Assembly: GCA_004431415.1 (NCBI GenBank)
Contig: QPMI01000400.1
Span: 230,435 to 294,434, forward strand
Reading direction: 5' to 3'
DNA: 64,000 bases
From: Cyanophora paradoxa CCMP329
Lineage: Eukaryota > Plantae > Glaucophyta
The notes under the pieces were generated by a model. The model did no database searches. It saw nothing but the letters and a program-made list of their open reading frames with translations, and was not told where the DNA came from. A program made the translations under genes and the position numbers. Positions 23,397 through 39,282 of the stretch are shown here, piece after piece. The number at the start of each line of letters is the position of its first letter. Within the stretch, counting starts at the first letter, position 1.

Positions 23397-24084
23397 CAGG
23401 CCGCCGCGCGGGCCCCGGCCTACGCCCCGCGGAGGTCCCTTGATTCCGCCCCCCCCCTGGCCATGGCCCCTGTCCATGGCCCCTGTCCATGGCCATGGCC
23501 CAGCGCGCGCCATCGCGAGCCTCGGGTCCGGAGCGCTATAGCTAGCTCGAGCTCGCGATATCGATCGAGCTCGATGCATGCGAGCGCTCGTTTCCAGTCG
23601 AGCTGACGTGCTGTAGTCGACGTCATGCATGAACCATGTCACTGAGCCACTTTTTCAAGTTCCGAAGTTTGCTGAAGCTTGAGATCTAGAGGTGCCATAT
23701 GGCCATGGCGCCGGCGGACATGCACATGCATCTGCTGCCGCCAGCGGTATGCAATACGTTGATTAGAAGTGCAGTTCTCGGCGGAGTGCCGTTAACGTTC
23801 GGGCCTTTCGATGACAAGCACCCGTCCTTTCGAATTCGATGTTCAGCTTTCAAGTTTCAACGGAAGGGGGGTACGCTCAGTTCGCTGCGCCCTAAAAGCG
23901 CAGTTCTCTCCCGGTTGCCTCATTCCAGAGAGGTGAGGACCGCGCGGCTCGGGTCTAGGCGGGGGTTACGATGCGATAGAGCGGGCGTGAGCGCCGCGGG
24001 CTTGCGCAATCGCAAGTGCGATCCCGTCCTCACCCGCACGCCCCCGACCGCAGATTCTACTTGGCTCTTTGAGCCTCGAAAAAC

Positions 24085-26125
<2,041 letters not shown>

Positions 26126-26418
26126 TAGCCCACTTCACCACATCCTCTGCCGTTGTGGCTCGCGTCAATGTAGAGTTCTCTGTGCTACAGCATTTATTGG
26201 AGATGATATCGAAGCCTGTTCCCGTGGGCTGCGGGGTGGGGCCGCCTGGGCGTGGGACCAGGGTGAAAGGGGGTAAGCAATTTCTCGATCTTGAAAAGTT
26301 ATATCGATATCAGCGCGCACGGCGGGCGCAGCAGACCAGCGCAGACTAGCAGATCTAGAGAGCGCAGCGGGCGGCCGCAGATTAGCAGCCTGATATCAGA
26401 CGCTAGTACGTGGAAGTC

Positions 26419-28167
26419 ATGGCGTCGACGTCACCGCCAGGCAAGCCTCGATCAGACCTTTGCCAGATGTCCGGCAAGCTGTTCAAGAACAAGAGTGGCT
26501 TCAACAAGTTCAGCAAGCTCGTACAGAACTGGGACGCTCGCTTCTTTGTTTTGAACGTGCGTTGAATGTGTGTTTTCAGATCCGCTTGGCGCTGATCCGC
26601 GCTTGCGTCGGACGCCTAGGACACCATCCTTAGCTACTATGAATCTGAGAAGGATACCGAGGCTCGCGCGGTGTTCCCTTTGGTGTCGGCGACTTGCAAG
26701 CGGGTAAAGCGCACCCTGTGCTCCCTTCTGCTGAAGCTTCCCAAGCGCACCCTGCTGTTGAAAGTGCGCCGCGGTGCAAGCGCTTCCCGGGCCATGCTGC
26801 CAACTGCAGTCGTCTAGGGAGCGGCGCTAAGACTTGAACTTCGCAGGCAGAGAACGAGGAGACGATAGATGCGTGGTACAAGGCCATCATCGCGGCTATC
26901 ACAAAGGCACGTGGAGGCCAGCCGCCGCCGGAGATGGGGGACGAGGACGATGACGGTGTGGGGTCCCTTCAGGGTGTGCGCGTCGCTCCTACTGATCATG
27001 CGGGGCGAATCCAGAGCACGATCAAGGGGCGGGCGTCTCTGCGAACGGCGGCAGCAAGCGCACCTCGCACGACTCGGGCATGGGCTCGCAGCGAAGCGAG
27101 GACGCGGACGCCCAGAGCTCCCGCAGCCTCTTCTCTGTGAAGTCCGGGAAGGGGAAGGACGCCGCAGCGTCCCCTATCGAGAACCAAGAGCTTCCCCCGA
27201 AGGCGCCTTCTCCGCTGCAGAGGGCCGCCTCGGCCGCGATGGCGTCTGGTTCCGAAGACGAGGTGCGGCGGATCGCGCCCTGCACGGCACCCCTCGGTGA
27301 CGCGGCGCGCAGGTGGCCCAGACAGCGCAGCAGTCGTGGGGCGAGAGGCCGGCGGGCCCCTCGCAGGCGGCCGTCGCGAAGCGCGCGCCGTCGGCGCGGA
27401 CGACCTCCAAGCCCTTCCACTTCTTCGAGGAGGAGGCGGCCGCCCTGGAGCCGCCGGCGCCGGCGCCGGCCGGCCCCAAGTCCCCGCAGCGCCAGGGCGC
27501 CCCGGGCCCCGACATCCGAGACGCCCTCGCCAAGGGCAGCTTCCGGGCGCCGGGGAAGCCGCCGCTGCCGCCGGCCGGCTCGGGGGCCCGGAAGTCCGCG
27601 GGGCGGGCGTCGGGCGGGGAGGGCTCGGAGGAGGGGGCGGGGGAGGCGGGGCGGTCGCGGGTCGTGCCCGTGCTCCCGCAGGACGTCGACTCGGACTCGG
27701 ACGGGGAGGCCGCCCCGCGCCGCGCCCCTCCGGCCCCTCCTCCCGCTCCACCAGCTCCCCCGCCACCCCGGCCCTAGCCGGCAAGCCGCCGCCCTCCCCG
27801 GGGGCCGCCTCCCAGGGCGCCCAGGGGCCGGCGAGCCCGCTGGCGGCGAGCCAGAGCCACGGGGCGGCGGTGAGCCCGAGCAGGCAGAAGCAGCCGGCGG
27901 CGGCGACGGGCGTGGCGCCGGACAAGAACTGGGTTGACGAGGACTGGGATTCGGACGAGGAGCGCAAGTCCCCCAAGGCGGCCTCCCCCTCGAAGCGCGA
28001 CAAGGGGGCCACAACGGGGCAAGCCGGCGCAGGGCGGCGCGACCGCCGGCGTCCAGGTCCGCTCCCCCGCCCTGCCCCGCCGTCCCCGCCGTCCCCGCCG
28101 GGCGCCGACGGCCGCGCGCGCGCAGGCCGACCCCGACTGGGTCGAGGCTAATTGGGATTCGGATTAA
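26419..28167 (+). CDS. N-terminal PH-domain protein with a long disordered tail containing acidic WDSD motifs
   Basis: MSGKLFKNKSGF...NWDARFFVLNDTILSYYESEKD...AENEETIDAWYKAI; tail includes WVDEDWDSDEE and WVEANWDSD*. Confidence 0.75.
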
Positions 28168-28180
28168 ATTGAACGTGCCC

Positions 28181-28182
<2 letters not shown>

Positions 28183-28225
<43 letters not shown>
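28183..28225. repeat. Poly-C homopolymer (43 nt)
   Basis: Uninterrupted C run between two convergent gene ends. Confidence 0.9.
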
Positions 28226-28226
<1 letters not shown>

Positions 28227-28358
28227 CAGTACTAGTATCGTGAGCATCTCGCGCCGTGATGATCAGATTTAGAGCGCAGGAAAGTCCTCCCGTGCAGTTT
28301 AAAGAATTGTTCTTCGCATAATTACGCATAGTACTAGTATGAAGAGCACGCAGCGGCA

Positions 28359-29852
28359 CTACCCTGTTTTTTGGCGCTTGATGGGCTGCTGTGGGGCGGC
28401 TGCGGGTGCGGCGGCCTGAGACTGGCCTGCTGCTGCGGCACGACCTGCTCGCGGTCGCCGGGGGTCAACCCATAGGCGCCGCGGGGCCCGCGTGGAGCGG
28501 GGGCGCACCCTGTGCGGCGAGGAAGGCGGCGGCAGCCGTCGCCGGGGCCGATGCTCCTTGCCCGCCTTGTGCTGCTCCTGTGAGCACCCGCTTTTTTCCC
28601 GTTGCCGCCGCTTGGCCCGCCGCGGCCGCCCCGCCTGCATCGATGGTTACAGGACGACAAGCGCGAGCCGAGGGCGCGGACCCTTTGCCTTCGCCGCGAT
28701 GGCTGCCGCGGCTGCCGCCATGACAGCGGGCGATGCATTCACGGGCAGCTGTGCAAGGAGAAGTGAGGGATCGGAGGACTGTAGGGGGCAGCGACGCTCA
28801 CCGGAGCCACGGAAGGTACGCTCGCTCTCCTTCCCCCAGCGCTCTGCGGGCAGGGAGGGGTGAGGCTCCAGAGAGCCGACGAGGGGTAAGAGCGCGCACC
28901 GCATTCGCCGAGCTTCCCGATGCAGGTGCGCCATCCTGGCCCTCCTGCTTGATCACTGTCGACGGCCCCGCCTGAGGTGCCTGTCCTCCCTGCTGCTGCG
29001 CCTGCTGCTGCGCCTGCTGCTGCGCCTGCTGCTGTTCCTGCGCGGGCAGCGTTCGAAGAAAAGTGGCGGCCGTCGGGAGCCGGGCAAGCGCGCACGAGCA
29101 GCTCCTTCTGCAACGCCTGCAGCAGCTTGGCGGGCCCGTGTCCGCTCCCGCGATCAATCTTCTTAACCTCCGGCCCCTTCTGCGCCGGTTTCTGCGTGCT
29201 CGCCTCTACTGGCGGAGCGTAGTCCCAGTAGTGCCCATGTGCTGTGCCGAACCGCATCCGCGCCTGCATCGCCTTGAACGCTGTGTGGATGTGTTGCACG
29301 CATGAGCTCTGCACGCGCACATCAGGTTGCAACAGGACGGCGCAGCCTGCAAGCTGGCCGCACCAGGCGTGACGAGAGGCAGGAGTAGAGGCGGGGCGCG
29401 CGGTAGATGGCGCCGCCGAGGACGTAGTAGAGCGCGAGCGGGATAACCTCTGTGCTTGTTACGCGCTTCTGCTTGCAGATCACGTACAGCAGGGGCTCTG
29501 CTTGGTGCGTGATAGTGTACTCGACGCCTTGCATCGACCTGGCCGACGTGAGGCGCTGGCGGAGGCGGCGAGCGCGTGCGCACTCTATCGCTTTGGGATT
29601 GACGTTGCGCTGCATCTTGAGGATCTCATTGCTGCACGTCCGGTCGTAGAACGGGCTGCCCGCGTACTGAGCAGCGGTCGCGGGCGCCGCGGCTCACAGC
29701 CAGCACCTGTTTGAGAAGTAGTCCATGACGGTCTGCGCGTTCAGAGGGAACGTGGAAAGCCACGCGTTGTCCTTGAAGACCATGCTCATCTCGGCCGTCT
29801 CGTCTTGCGGATTGGGGCTGGCGGCCATGGCGATAGGCGGCGGCGAAGCCAT
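28359..29852 (-). CDS. MED6: Mediator subunit 6 with a Gln/Ala-rich C-terminal extension
   Basis: FKDNAWL...[72 protein letters not shown], GHYWD. Confidence 0.92.
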
Positions 29853-30218
29853 GCCGATATACGCGCGCTGTGGCTCTGCTGAATCCGCTGCTGGATCTGC
29901 GAAAGAGTGGACCGGTACCAAGGGGGGATGAGAAAGGGGTGGGGGTGTACACCCGTACGGGTCTGGAAATCGAAGGGCGAAGTCATCGCGGCGCCGGCGT
30001 GCGTGCGAGCACTAGAGATCATAGCTAAGCTGAATGCACAGCTCCGAGGCTCCGATCGGGAGCGCGCACGCACGCCTCGTTCCAGCGCTAGCTAGCCTGC
30101 CCGTACGCGTATGCGCAGCCGCGCGCGCGGCGCCGGCCCCTCCCCCCGCCGCTTCCGGGGCCGGTGACAGCAGATCGACGTGCTCTAAAGGAGGACGTGC
30201 GCGCTGTAATGATTAGCG

Positions 30219-32108
30219 CTACTTCACGTCGAGCCACTTCAGGGTGCCTGCGAGGAAGAAGCGGGACGGGGTGGGGCCCGGCGTGGGGGCCAGGAGGGTG
30301 ATCTTCTGCCGCTCCATGTCGACGTGTTGCCTGAGTAAAGAGTGAGGATCGAGCCGGCAGCGGCGGTGGCGCGCGCGGCGGGGGCGGTGGCGTACACGTA
30401 GACGAAGCCGGCGAGGTTGGCGCTGAGGAGGAAGTCGGCGGAGGGGGCGTGGGAGACCCCGAGGATGGTGTGCTGGAGGTCGGGCGTCGGAAGCACCTCC
30501 GTCAGCCTGCGCCGGACCCGCCCGCCGTCTCCGCGCGCGCGGAGGGCGCCGGGGAGGGGGAGCGCCGGACCGGAGGGGGTCGTTGGTGGACTCGGCGCCG
30601 ATGGGGAGGGCGGAGGTGGGGGCCGCCGGCTGCCCCCCGATGCGGAAGATGGAGACGTCGCGGAAGTTGAGGATGAGGGCGGCGGGGCAGAGGTCGTCGG
30701 CGGGCCCGTAGAAGTACTCGCGGATGCGGTCCATGCGGGTCTTGCGGCGGTAGCCCTGGTCGCGGGTGACGACGCCGCCGGACTTGGCGAGCTTGACGAC
30801 GTGGGCCTGGCGGCGCGCGAGGTCGCGCTCGCCGCAGAGCTCCACGTAGAGGCGCTCCTGGCCGAGAACCAGCAGCACGTCCACCGCCAGTGCGTTCGCG
30901 CAGAACAGCAGCAGCTGGTACCCCAGCCCGTCCACCCACCCGCACGTGTTGATGATCAGCCCCGACGCGTTGACTGCGCCGCCCCGCGCGTCGGCGGGGC
31001 AGGGGGGGACGGGGAGCGGGGCGGGGCGGGCGGGGCGGGGCGGGCGGGGCGGGGCGGGCGGGGCGGGCGGGCGGGGCGGGCGGGCGGGGCGGGGCGGGCC
31101 GGGGCGGGGCGGGCGCACAGACGGGGTCCTTCTCGAGGCGGGCGTCGAGCTGGTCGGCGAGGCGCTGGACGAGGTGCTCGTAGAGGCGCGCGTTGTCGCT
31201 CAGCGAGACGCCCCCGAAGAAGTAGGCCAGCGGCACAGCGTGCGCAAACACGTCCTGCCCCCGCCCCGCCCGTCGCGCGCCGTTCCGTCGCCCACAGGGG
31301 GCGCTTTCGGGCGCTGCGGGCGCACCATCGGGTCGACGGGCCGCTCGACGGGCGTCGCAGCGATGCAGCCGGGGATCGAGATCGCTCCCTGATGGAGTCC
31401 GTCAGCGTGCCGCGGCGGGGCAGAGAGATAGCGCCTCGGGTCCCGCTCGCCTGGCCGATGTCGAGGTCCACGAAGGTCGGCTTGCGGCCGCGGCGCACTG
31501 CGTAGCTAAGGAGAATCCGCGCGAGGCTCGACTTGCCCGAGTCCATGGGTCCCACGATCATCACCTGTCCCGGAGTGCCGTCGGCAGGCCGCCGGCGCGC
31601 AAAGCCGGACGGGCAAAGCGCTGGGGCAGGCGGCGGACCCGCGGCCCCCGCGTCTTTCCTGTGGGGTCCTGCGCTGCGAGCTCCCGCCTCGCCTCCAGCG
31701 CCGCGTGCGTGTTCAAGTACGTGGGCATTGGCGTCTCATTTGCCACGTACGCGACCGCGGTCTGGCCCAGGATCTGCAGCGCTCGTGTCGGCTTTGGCAG
31801 GGCGAACAGATCACTTCCGCCTGTACCTCGATCTCACAGCCATACCACGTGAAGATCGCGGTTTTCGTGCCAGCAGCGAACTTATAAACGTGGTTGGAGG
31901 CGAGCTCACACCCGAAGATCTCTGCTGTCCCCGCAAGCAACTGCGAGCGCGCGCCTCGTTGACTGGCGATCTCGGCGCGTTGGGGCGGGAGGCTCACGGT
32001 GACATCTACGGGCGCATCTGTCTCAACCCGAAGTTCGTGCTCAGGATCGACCTTGAATACGCGCTTGGGAGTCGCTGGTGGCGCGTCGTACGCAAAAGAA
32101 GTATCCAT
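30219..32108 (-). CDS. CLP1: CLP1 polynucleotide kinase / cleavage factor subunit
   Basis: [41 protein letters not shown]-loop [46 protein letters not shown]. Confidence 0.95.
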
Positions 32109-32526
32109 CGTCGCGGCCGCGCTCCAATGCGTGCGGCGCGCGATCCCCGTGAATGATCTGTGTGGGGCGAGGCCGCCGCTGCTCGATTCTCCGATCCGCG
32201 CAGCCTGACTTCGAAGGCCGCGCCGGCCAGACCAGGGGCTGCAATTTCGGGCTGGACGCGCAAAAGATGTTTCTCGTGCGTATAAGCAGAGCACGAAAGC
32301 GCTCCGTCGCTGAGCCAGTCTCGCCTTTCCTACTTGCGTACCCTTGACCTTCTCCCCCCCTCTCAACGACACCACTGCAAAAGAGCCTGCAGCTTGCGAG
32401 GCACGCTAGCTAGCGTATCGTAGCTAGCTGTTTCAACACCTGGAGCGCCAGCTGGAGGTTCTCGGCATACGCGGCGAGCTTGCCGGCTTGCGCGGCAGCC
32501 GCCGGTCGTCCTGCAGCTAGGTCGAC

Positions 32527-35500
32527 ATGGCGAAAACTTCACGAGATGAGCTCTACGTGCGTGCCGCGCGATGAGCTGAGGCGTACCGCGCCAGACCGAA
32601 GCTCGAGCGCAGGAAATGTTTGGGCTGGAGCCCGGCGAAAGCGAGATGACGGCGACAACAAACTCCTCTGCTCGCTCCTCACCCACGCCCAGCCTCCAGG
32701 CCCAGGTGCGCCAGCGGTGATCCCTGAGCCCCGTGCGAGCTCCAAGCTGATGCCCATGCAGACGCCCAAAGCCGGCGGCGGAGGCTCGAAGTTAGCAGCA
32801 GTCGGCGAGGATTCTGATGAGGACTCCTCCGTAGCTGCACCTCAGCCGGTCGTGCCAACGGGGCCCCGCGCGGCGGCAATCGCTGCATCCCAGCCAGTGG
32901 CAGCACCAGCCGCGGAAAAAACGCCTGCAGCGCCGGCCCCTTTGGCGACCGCACCGGCGCCTGCGGCCGCGGCCGCGGCGAAGCCCCGGGGCGAGCTGAG
33001 CGAGCTCTTTGGGGGCCTGTCGGACGACGACACGAGCGAGGGCGTGAGCCTGCGCTCCAACGCCACGCAGCGGAGGGCGGCGGCAGCAGCGGCGGCGGCG
33101 GCGGCGGCGCCGGCCCCGAGGTCTGCCACGCCGCCGGCGAGGCAGCCCACGCCGCCTCCTCCTCCGCGGAGAAGGTGGCCCCGCCGCGGAGCGCCACGCC
33201 GTCGCCGCCGCCGAGGCCGGCTGCGAGCAAGGCGGCGGGCTCGCACACGGAGTCGGACGGCGAGGTGCAGGCCTTCCAGGCCGACTCGCCCGTCCAGTCC
33301 CCGGCCACAAGCCGGCGCCGCCGCAGCCCGCCCCGGCCCCAGCGCCGGCCCCGGCAGCGGCGCGGAGCGGGCGCAGGAGACGGACTCGGACTCGGAGGAG
33401 GGAGAGGAGGGGCGCCGAGGCGGGCGGTGGCGCCGCAGCCGGCGAGCCCGCGGGCGCCAGCCAGGCGGCCCCACCCGGCCGGCACCCGCTCCTCCGCCTC
33501 CTCCCTCGCCTCCTCCGCCGACGCGCCGCCCGCCAAGCCGGCCCCCGCCCAGGTCCCCGCCCTCCCGCTCCCCAAGGCCGCCCCGGCGGCGAAGGCGGCC
33601 CCGGCGGCCAAGGCGGGGGCGGGGCGAAGCGGGGCGGGCCGGCGAAGCCGGGATCGACCTCCTCGGGGGTCTCCTCCGTCTCCGGCGCGTCTCCACCTCC
33701 GCCCGCTCCTCCTCCCGCAGAAGTCCTCCTCCCCGACCCGCCGCCCCGCCCCGCCACTGCCCACGCTCCCGCCCGCGCTCCGGTCCCACGCCAGCCCGGC
33801 GTCGCCGCGGCGCCGGCGAGGCGCGCCCCCGCGCGGCCAGCGGCGGCGGCGGCGGCGGGGCGCGGCCGGCGCGGTCGCCGGCGAAGGGGCGGGCCGGGAG
33901 CGGGCCGGCTCGGCGGTGCGGGCGGCGGCCTCGTCGCGGCGGCGGCGTCGCGGGTGACGGCGGCGGCGCGGCGGAAGGAGCGGGAGGAGCGCGAGGCGAT
34001 CCTCAACCGCCTGCGGGAGAACCCCCTCCACCTCAGCGTCTCCCTCGCTGACTCGCCCCCGCGCGACGGTGCCCCCCGCCCCCGCCCCCGCTCTCGCCGG
34101 CCCCCGACGCCCCCGCCCGCGCAGGCGAGTACGAAGGGGAGGGCGACGTGGAGGAGGAGGAGGAGGCGCTGGGCGGGGCGGGGGGCGGGGGCGGGGAGAG
34201 CAGCGCGAGCGCGACGCCGCAGCGGGGCCTCCACGGGGGCGAGGGGACGCCGAGCCCGCGGCGGGGCCGGCGATGGCGCGGACGCCCTCCTCGGGGGCTC
34301 CTCCCCGTCCCTCCCCCGCGGGGCGGCGGCGCGCAAGCGGAGCCACTCGCGGCGGAGCACGGGTTCCACCCGCACCTCCACGGCGCCGCCGCCCGCCGCG
34401 CCCCCTCCCGTCCCTCTCGCCCCCGCACAGCATCCGCGCCCGCCGCGCCCGCTCCGCCACCCCGACGGCGGGCCCTCGCCCACGCGCGACGCGGAGGCCC
34501 GAGGCCGGCGCCGGGGGCCGGGGCGGGGCGGGGGCCTGCTGGGCGGGGCGGCGCGGTGGCGGAGTACGTGTACCGGGCGATGAACGAGGGCCCCTGGAGC
34601 GGGGGCGGCCCCTCGGCCCCGCCTCCTCCATCGACCTGCCCCGAACCCCGCGCCGACGCCGGTCTTCGGGGCGCCGCCGCCGGGCGGGGCGACGCCGCCG
34701 CGGGCGCGGCAGGTGGACGTCGACCTCGAGAACGACGTCGACCCGCGCCCGCCGCCCGCCCGCGACGAGCGCTCCTCGCGCGGCGCGGCGCCCTGGCCGG
34801 GGCCCGCCGGGGAGGAGCTGCGGCTCAGCGCGGCGGGGGACGGCCTCGGCATGGGCCGCAAGCTCATCTCCCTCACCAACGAGTTCCGCGAGCGCATCCT
34901 CCAGGCCCGCCCGCCGGCCCCGCGGCACGGCGGGGGCGCTGACGGGGGCGAGGGCGCAGGACATCAGCAACAAGCTAAAGGCGCTGCAGGGGGAGCGGGC
35001 GGAGCGGGAGGCGGAGGTGGCGTCGCTGCGGCGGCGCGTGGCGAGCCTCGAGGGCGCCCTCGAGCAGGCCCGCGAGGAGGCCCGCGGCGCCGGCGACGCC
35101 CGCCTCCAGGCCCTCCTCGACAAGGCCCGCCCGCCCGCCCCGCCCCCCCGAGGGGCCGCTGACAGGGCGGGGCGGCGGTCAGGTCGCGGAGTGCGAGCGG
35201 CAGATCAGCCAGAAGACCATCGTCCACGTGCGCGTGGGCGGGGCGGCGGGGCGGGGCGGGGCGGCGGGGCGGCGGGGGCCTGAGGCGAGCGCAGAACGAG
35301 CTGCTGCAGCAGAAGCGGCGGGACCGGGAGCGGATCGAGGCGCTCGAGGGGGAGCTGCGGGAGGCCCGCGAGGAGCTCGAGGCGGCGCAGGAGCAGCTCG
35401 CCGCGGCGCGCGCCAAGGCCGACAAGCTCACCCTCGCCGTCCGCCGCGCCGAGTCCGAGCTCCGCGAGCGCGACGACGAGCTCGCGAAGGAGCGGAGCCG

Positions 35501-37472
35501 CAGCGCCTCCGCCTCCGCCTCGGCGCGCAGCGCGCCCGCCCCCTCCAAGCCCCGCTCCCGCTCCAAGTCGTCCTCCAAGACCAAGTCCTCCGCCTCCCGC
35601 CTCCGCTCCACCGAGGAGGGCCCCAGCGGGGACGAGTTCGACGACGAGGAGGACGAGGACGAGGGCAGCGAGTACAGCGACGAGGAGGAGGCGACGGAGG
35701 AGGACGAGGAGGCGACGGAGGAGGGAAGCGAGGAGGACGAGAAGCCGCGGCGCCGCCCCGCGAAGAAGGGCCGCAGCAAGAGCCGTAGCACGAGCCGCAG
35801 CCGGCGGCCGGCCCTCGAGCGGACGCGGGCGCAGGCGGAGGCCGAGTTCAAGCGGGGTGCGGCCGGGCGGGGGCGGGCGGGGGCGGGGCGGCGGGGCGGG
35901 GCGGTGACCAGGGGGCGCAGAGGAGGTGGAGCGGGCGATCGCGCAGGCGCGGCAGGAGGCCATCGCCGAGTTCTCCCTGCGGGTGCCCCCGCCCCTGTCC
36001 ACGCGAGGGGCGCCGCGCCGAGCGTGCGGGCCGCGCAGGAGCGGGAGCTGCGGGCGCGGATCAAGGACCTCGAGGCGGCGAGCGCGGAGCGGGCGTCTCC
36101 GCCGCGGCGGAGCGGCGAGGCCGAGCGGGCGCCGCGGCGGCAAAGGAGCGGGAGGCCCTCGAGGCGCGCGTCGCCGAGCTCGAGAAGGCCCTCCGCGACA
36201 AGGGCCCGCCCCGCCCCGCCCGCCCCGCCCGCGCGGCAGCGGCGCGACGTCTGACGGGCGCGCAGAGGCGGCGGTGACGCGGCGGGAGGAGCAGCTGGCG
36301 GCGGCGGAGCGGGAGGCGCGGGAGCAGCTGCGGGGGCGGAGGAGGCGCTGCAGAGGCGGGAGGCGCAGCTGCGGGAGGCCCAGGCGGCGGCCGCCAAGGC
36401 CCAGGAGGCCTCCTTCTCCGGCACGGCGCGGGCCGCGGCGCCCGGCGGGGAGGGCGCGGGGGTCGGCGAGGAGGCCGTGCGGGAGCGGGAGCGGGCGGCG
36501 GCGGAGCGGGCGGTGGCGTCGCAGGCGGCGGAGGTGAAGAAGCTGCAGCGGCAGCTCGCCGAGGCGCGGGCGCAGGCGCAGAGCAAGGCCAACAAGCTCA
36601 AGCTCTACCACGAGGCCCGCCCCGCCCCTCCCAACCCTCCCCTCGCCTCCTCCACGCGCTGAGGGGGCGGGGCGGGGCGCAGCAAGTCGGGCGCGTGCAG
36701 GCCTACGTGCGCAACTTCGAGCAGCGGGTGCAGGCGTACCGGAGCGCCGTGCAGCGGCTGCGCGTGGCGCGCTGCCAGGGCGGCAGCGACCTCTTCAAGT
36801 ACTCGTTCCACAGCGGGGAGCGGGAGCGGCGCTTCTGCCGGGTCTCGGACGACCGGCGGCGCCTCGAGTGGGGCAAGTCGCCCTCGAAGCTGAGCAGCGC
36901 GGCGGAGCTCGCACGCGTCGTGCGCATCACGTACGGGCCCCTCTCCGCCGCCTTCGCGCAGAGCGCCAAGAGCAACCCCGTGCCCTGGCGCTGCTTCTCC
37001 CTCGTCGAGCCCTCCCGCACCTACGACTTCGAGGCCCCCAACGACGGTGCCCCGACTCGCGCCCCGCCCCGCCGCCCGCTCCGGCCGATCGCGGCGGACC
37101 GCAGAGGCGCTGGTCACGTGGTTCATGGGCCTGCAGTCGCTGCTGCCGCAGGTGCCGAAGCAGAGCCTGATGAGCGCCGGCGCGCTCCTCTGGCGCCGCG
37201 TCCGCATGCGCATGGACTACTTCGCCGCCGAGCGCAACGTCACCCGCCGCGACATCGTCCAGACCGCCATGGCCGGCCTCGACCCCGCCAAGTTCCAGCC
37301 CATCCCCCCCAGCCCCACCCACGCAGCCGCCCCGCCCGCCGGTTCCTCCGCCTACCCCGCCGGACCCTCCGGCTCCTCCGCCTATCCAGTGGGCCCCTCC
37401 GGCGCCAACCCAGGCACGGCGCGCGGGGCCGCGGGCACCGCGAGGCCCACCGCAGCCCCCCTCCGCAGGTAG
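32527..37472 (+). CDS. Large low-complexity coiled-coil protein with a C-terminal PH domain
   Basis: Long Glu/Ala/Arg heptad exons, then GSDLFKYS...RRFCRVSDDRRRLEWG...VRITYGP...WRCFSLVEPSRTYDFEAPNDEALVTWFMGL. The exon chain in the low-complexity part is uncertain. Confidence 0.65.
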
Positions 37473-37613
37473 CGATCGCACGCTGAACAGTATCGCAGTA
37501 CGGCAGAGAGGCTCGCAGGCGGCAGGGGGGGCAGAACACACGGCAGGGGCCTTCGGGGAACGGTCGCGCCGGGACGGGTACTTCAAATTCTGGAGTGCGC
37601 TTAGCTCGGAAAA

Positions 37614-38917
37614 ATGGAGGGCTTCGCCGCTGCGCAGGCGGGGCGCGCAGCGAGCAGGCGCTCCCCGCGGGCTGCACTCGCCTGGTCGCAGGCCGCTGGC
37701 TTTGGCCCCGCCTCGAGCGGCGGACCCAGGCTCACCACCGACGCGATGCCCGCGCCCAGCTCGTTCTCTAGAGCGGCCGCAGACTCGATGCGACCTCGCG
37801 CGAACGCGCGTGTGCCCCCTCGCGCCCTCCGCGCGCGCCGCGTAGTGGATCAACCCATGGCCATCGAGAAGTCTACAGGCCCTGGAAGTGCGCCAAATCT
37901 TGTTGAAGCATTTCGTATACCTCTAACTGCCTGGAGCAGCCGACGCGTCAAGCTGGGTGGACTCCCGCGTGCAGGTTCGACGTGGTGGCGCCGAGGGCCA
38001 TTCGCCGGCCCCAGCGCGCGCGCAGTTCCATCCTTACGCTTCAGGGATGAAGACTGTGCCTAATAGTCCCCGCAGCTGCCCCTCGGCGCAGAAACCATTG
38101 CGTCTTTCGTCGCCAGCGCTGTGGGCACGCAGCTGTGCGATAACTTAATGCCTTCGGATCGGGATTGCCGCGGCTTTCGAGCGGCGTGCGTCGGAGCGGC
38201 GACGAGTGCGCGCCCTGCGTTCCATTTTCCACCGCGCAGCCTCAAGGAATGCGTGGCCACCGCTGCAGGCATCACGCTGCGCAGTCTTCACGACAGCTGC
38301 AGTTCGCTCCTGTGCAAGTACCTGCCTACGCTCGCTACGCCGTGCGTTTCTTGCACTCTCTTCGTTCTTGATTGATAGCGTTGCTCTTGGCCTAAATTGA
38401 TCGCACTTTCCCAGCATCTTCGTGCCTGCCTGGGCTGCGGACGTGATCCGTGTCGCCGTTCTGCCTCTTCTGTCGACCTTCCTTGTTCAGTTCCTTCGGA
38501 AGATCCCCAAGTACGCCTTGTAGCATGCATTTCGCTTTTTCTGAAACCTGAGATCCGGCCTGGTCCTGCAGGCGCAATCGCGAAAGGCAGAGATTCATCT
38601 CTCTCAGCAACCGCCCTGCGGGGGATCCCACCCGAGCGTGCTGCGCGTGAGCGTCTTCCATCCCCCTCCATCGCCCGCCTCCTCTCAGCTTTGGGCAGAT
38701 GCTTCACCAACGCCCAGAACGTGCTGCTGACGCCGTGCTGCCATCTTGCCGTCTGCAGCGAGTGCTACAGCGAGAGAATCGAGTACCTCGCGTGCGCCCT
38801 CGCCCCCGCCTCTGATCATGCACACCTTGCCCCGGCGGTTGACAGCGGGGGGGCACCAGGAACTGCCCGATCTGCCGCGTGCGGGTCGAGCGCGCCTACG
38901 CCGTCATCTTCCCCTAA
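37614..38917 (+). CDS. Membrane-associated C-terminal RING-HC (C3HC4_3-type) E3 ligase
   Basis: Spliced ...VIRVAVLPLLSTFLVQFL (hydrophobic)...CCACFTNAQNVLLTPCCHLAVCSEC...CPICRVRVERAYAVIFP*. The start is uncertain (37614 or 37857). Confidence 0.72.
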
Positions 38918-39282
38918 TTATAAACCTCACGCCGCACCGGCTCCCGCGTGGCCTCGCTTCAGCTAACTTATATTTGGGGACACCTGCTCGCCATGGCCCG
39001 TCGACTTTGACGTCCCAGCGCCGCCCCGCCTTGCTCGCGTGTTCGAGCATCCCGGGACGTGTCGCACGTGTGCTGGAAAAGAATGAAACGTCTTCAAAAA
39101 CATGCGCTAACGCTCAATGCACGCGCTGGTTGCATCGCTACGCCTAGACCTAACTAGACCTGCGGCTACGTCTATACCAAGATAATTCAGAACGCACTAA
39201 AACGATTAAGCTGAAGCTTATGCCTTTACAATATGCGGAAAGGAAAGGAAAGTGCGGCGCCGGCGGCCAGGCTGTGGCCGGC

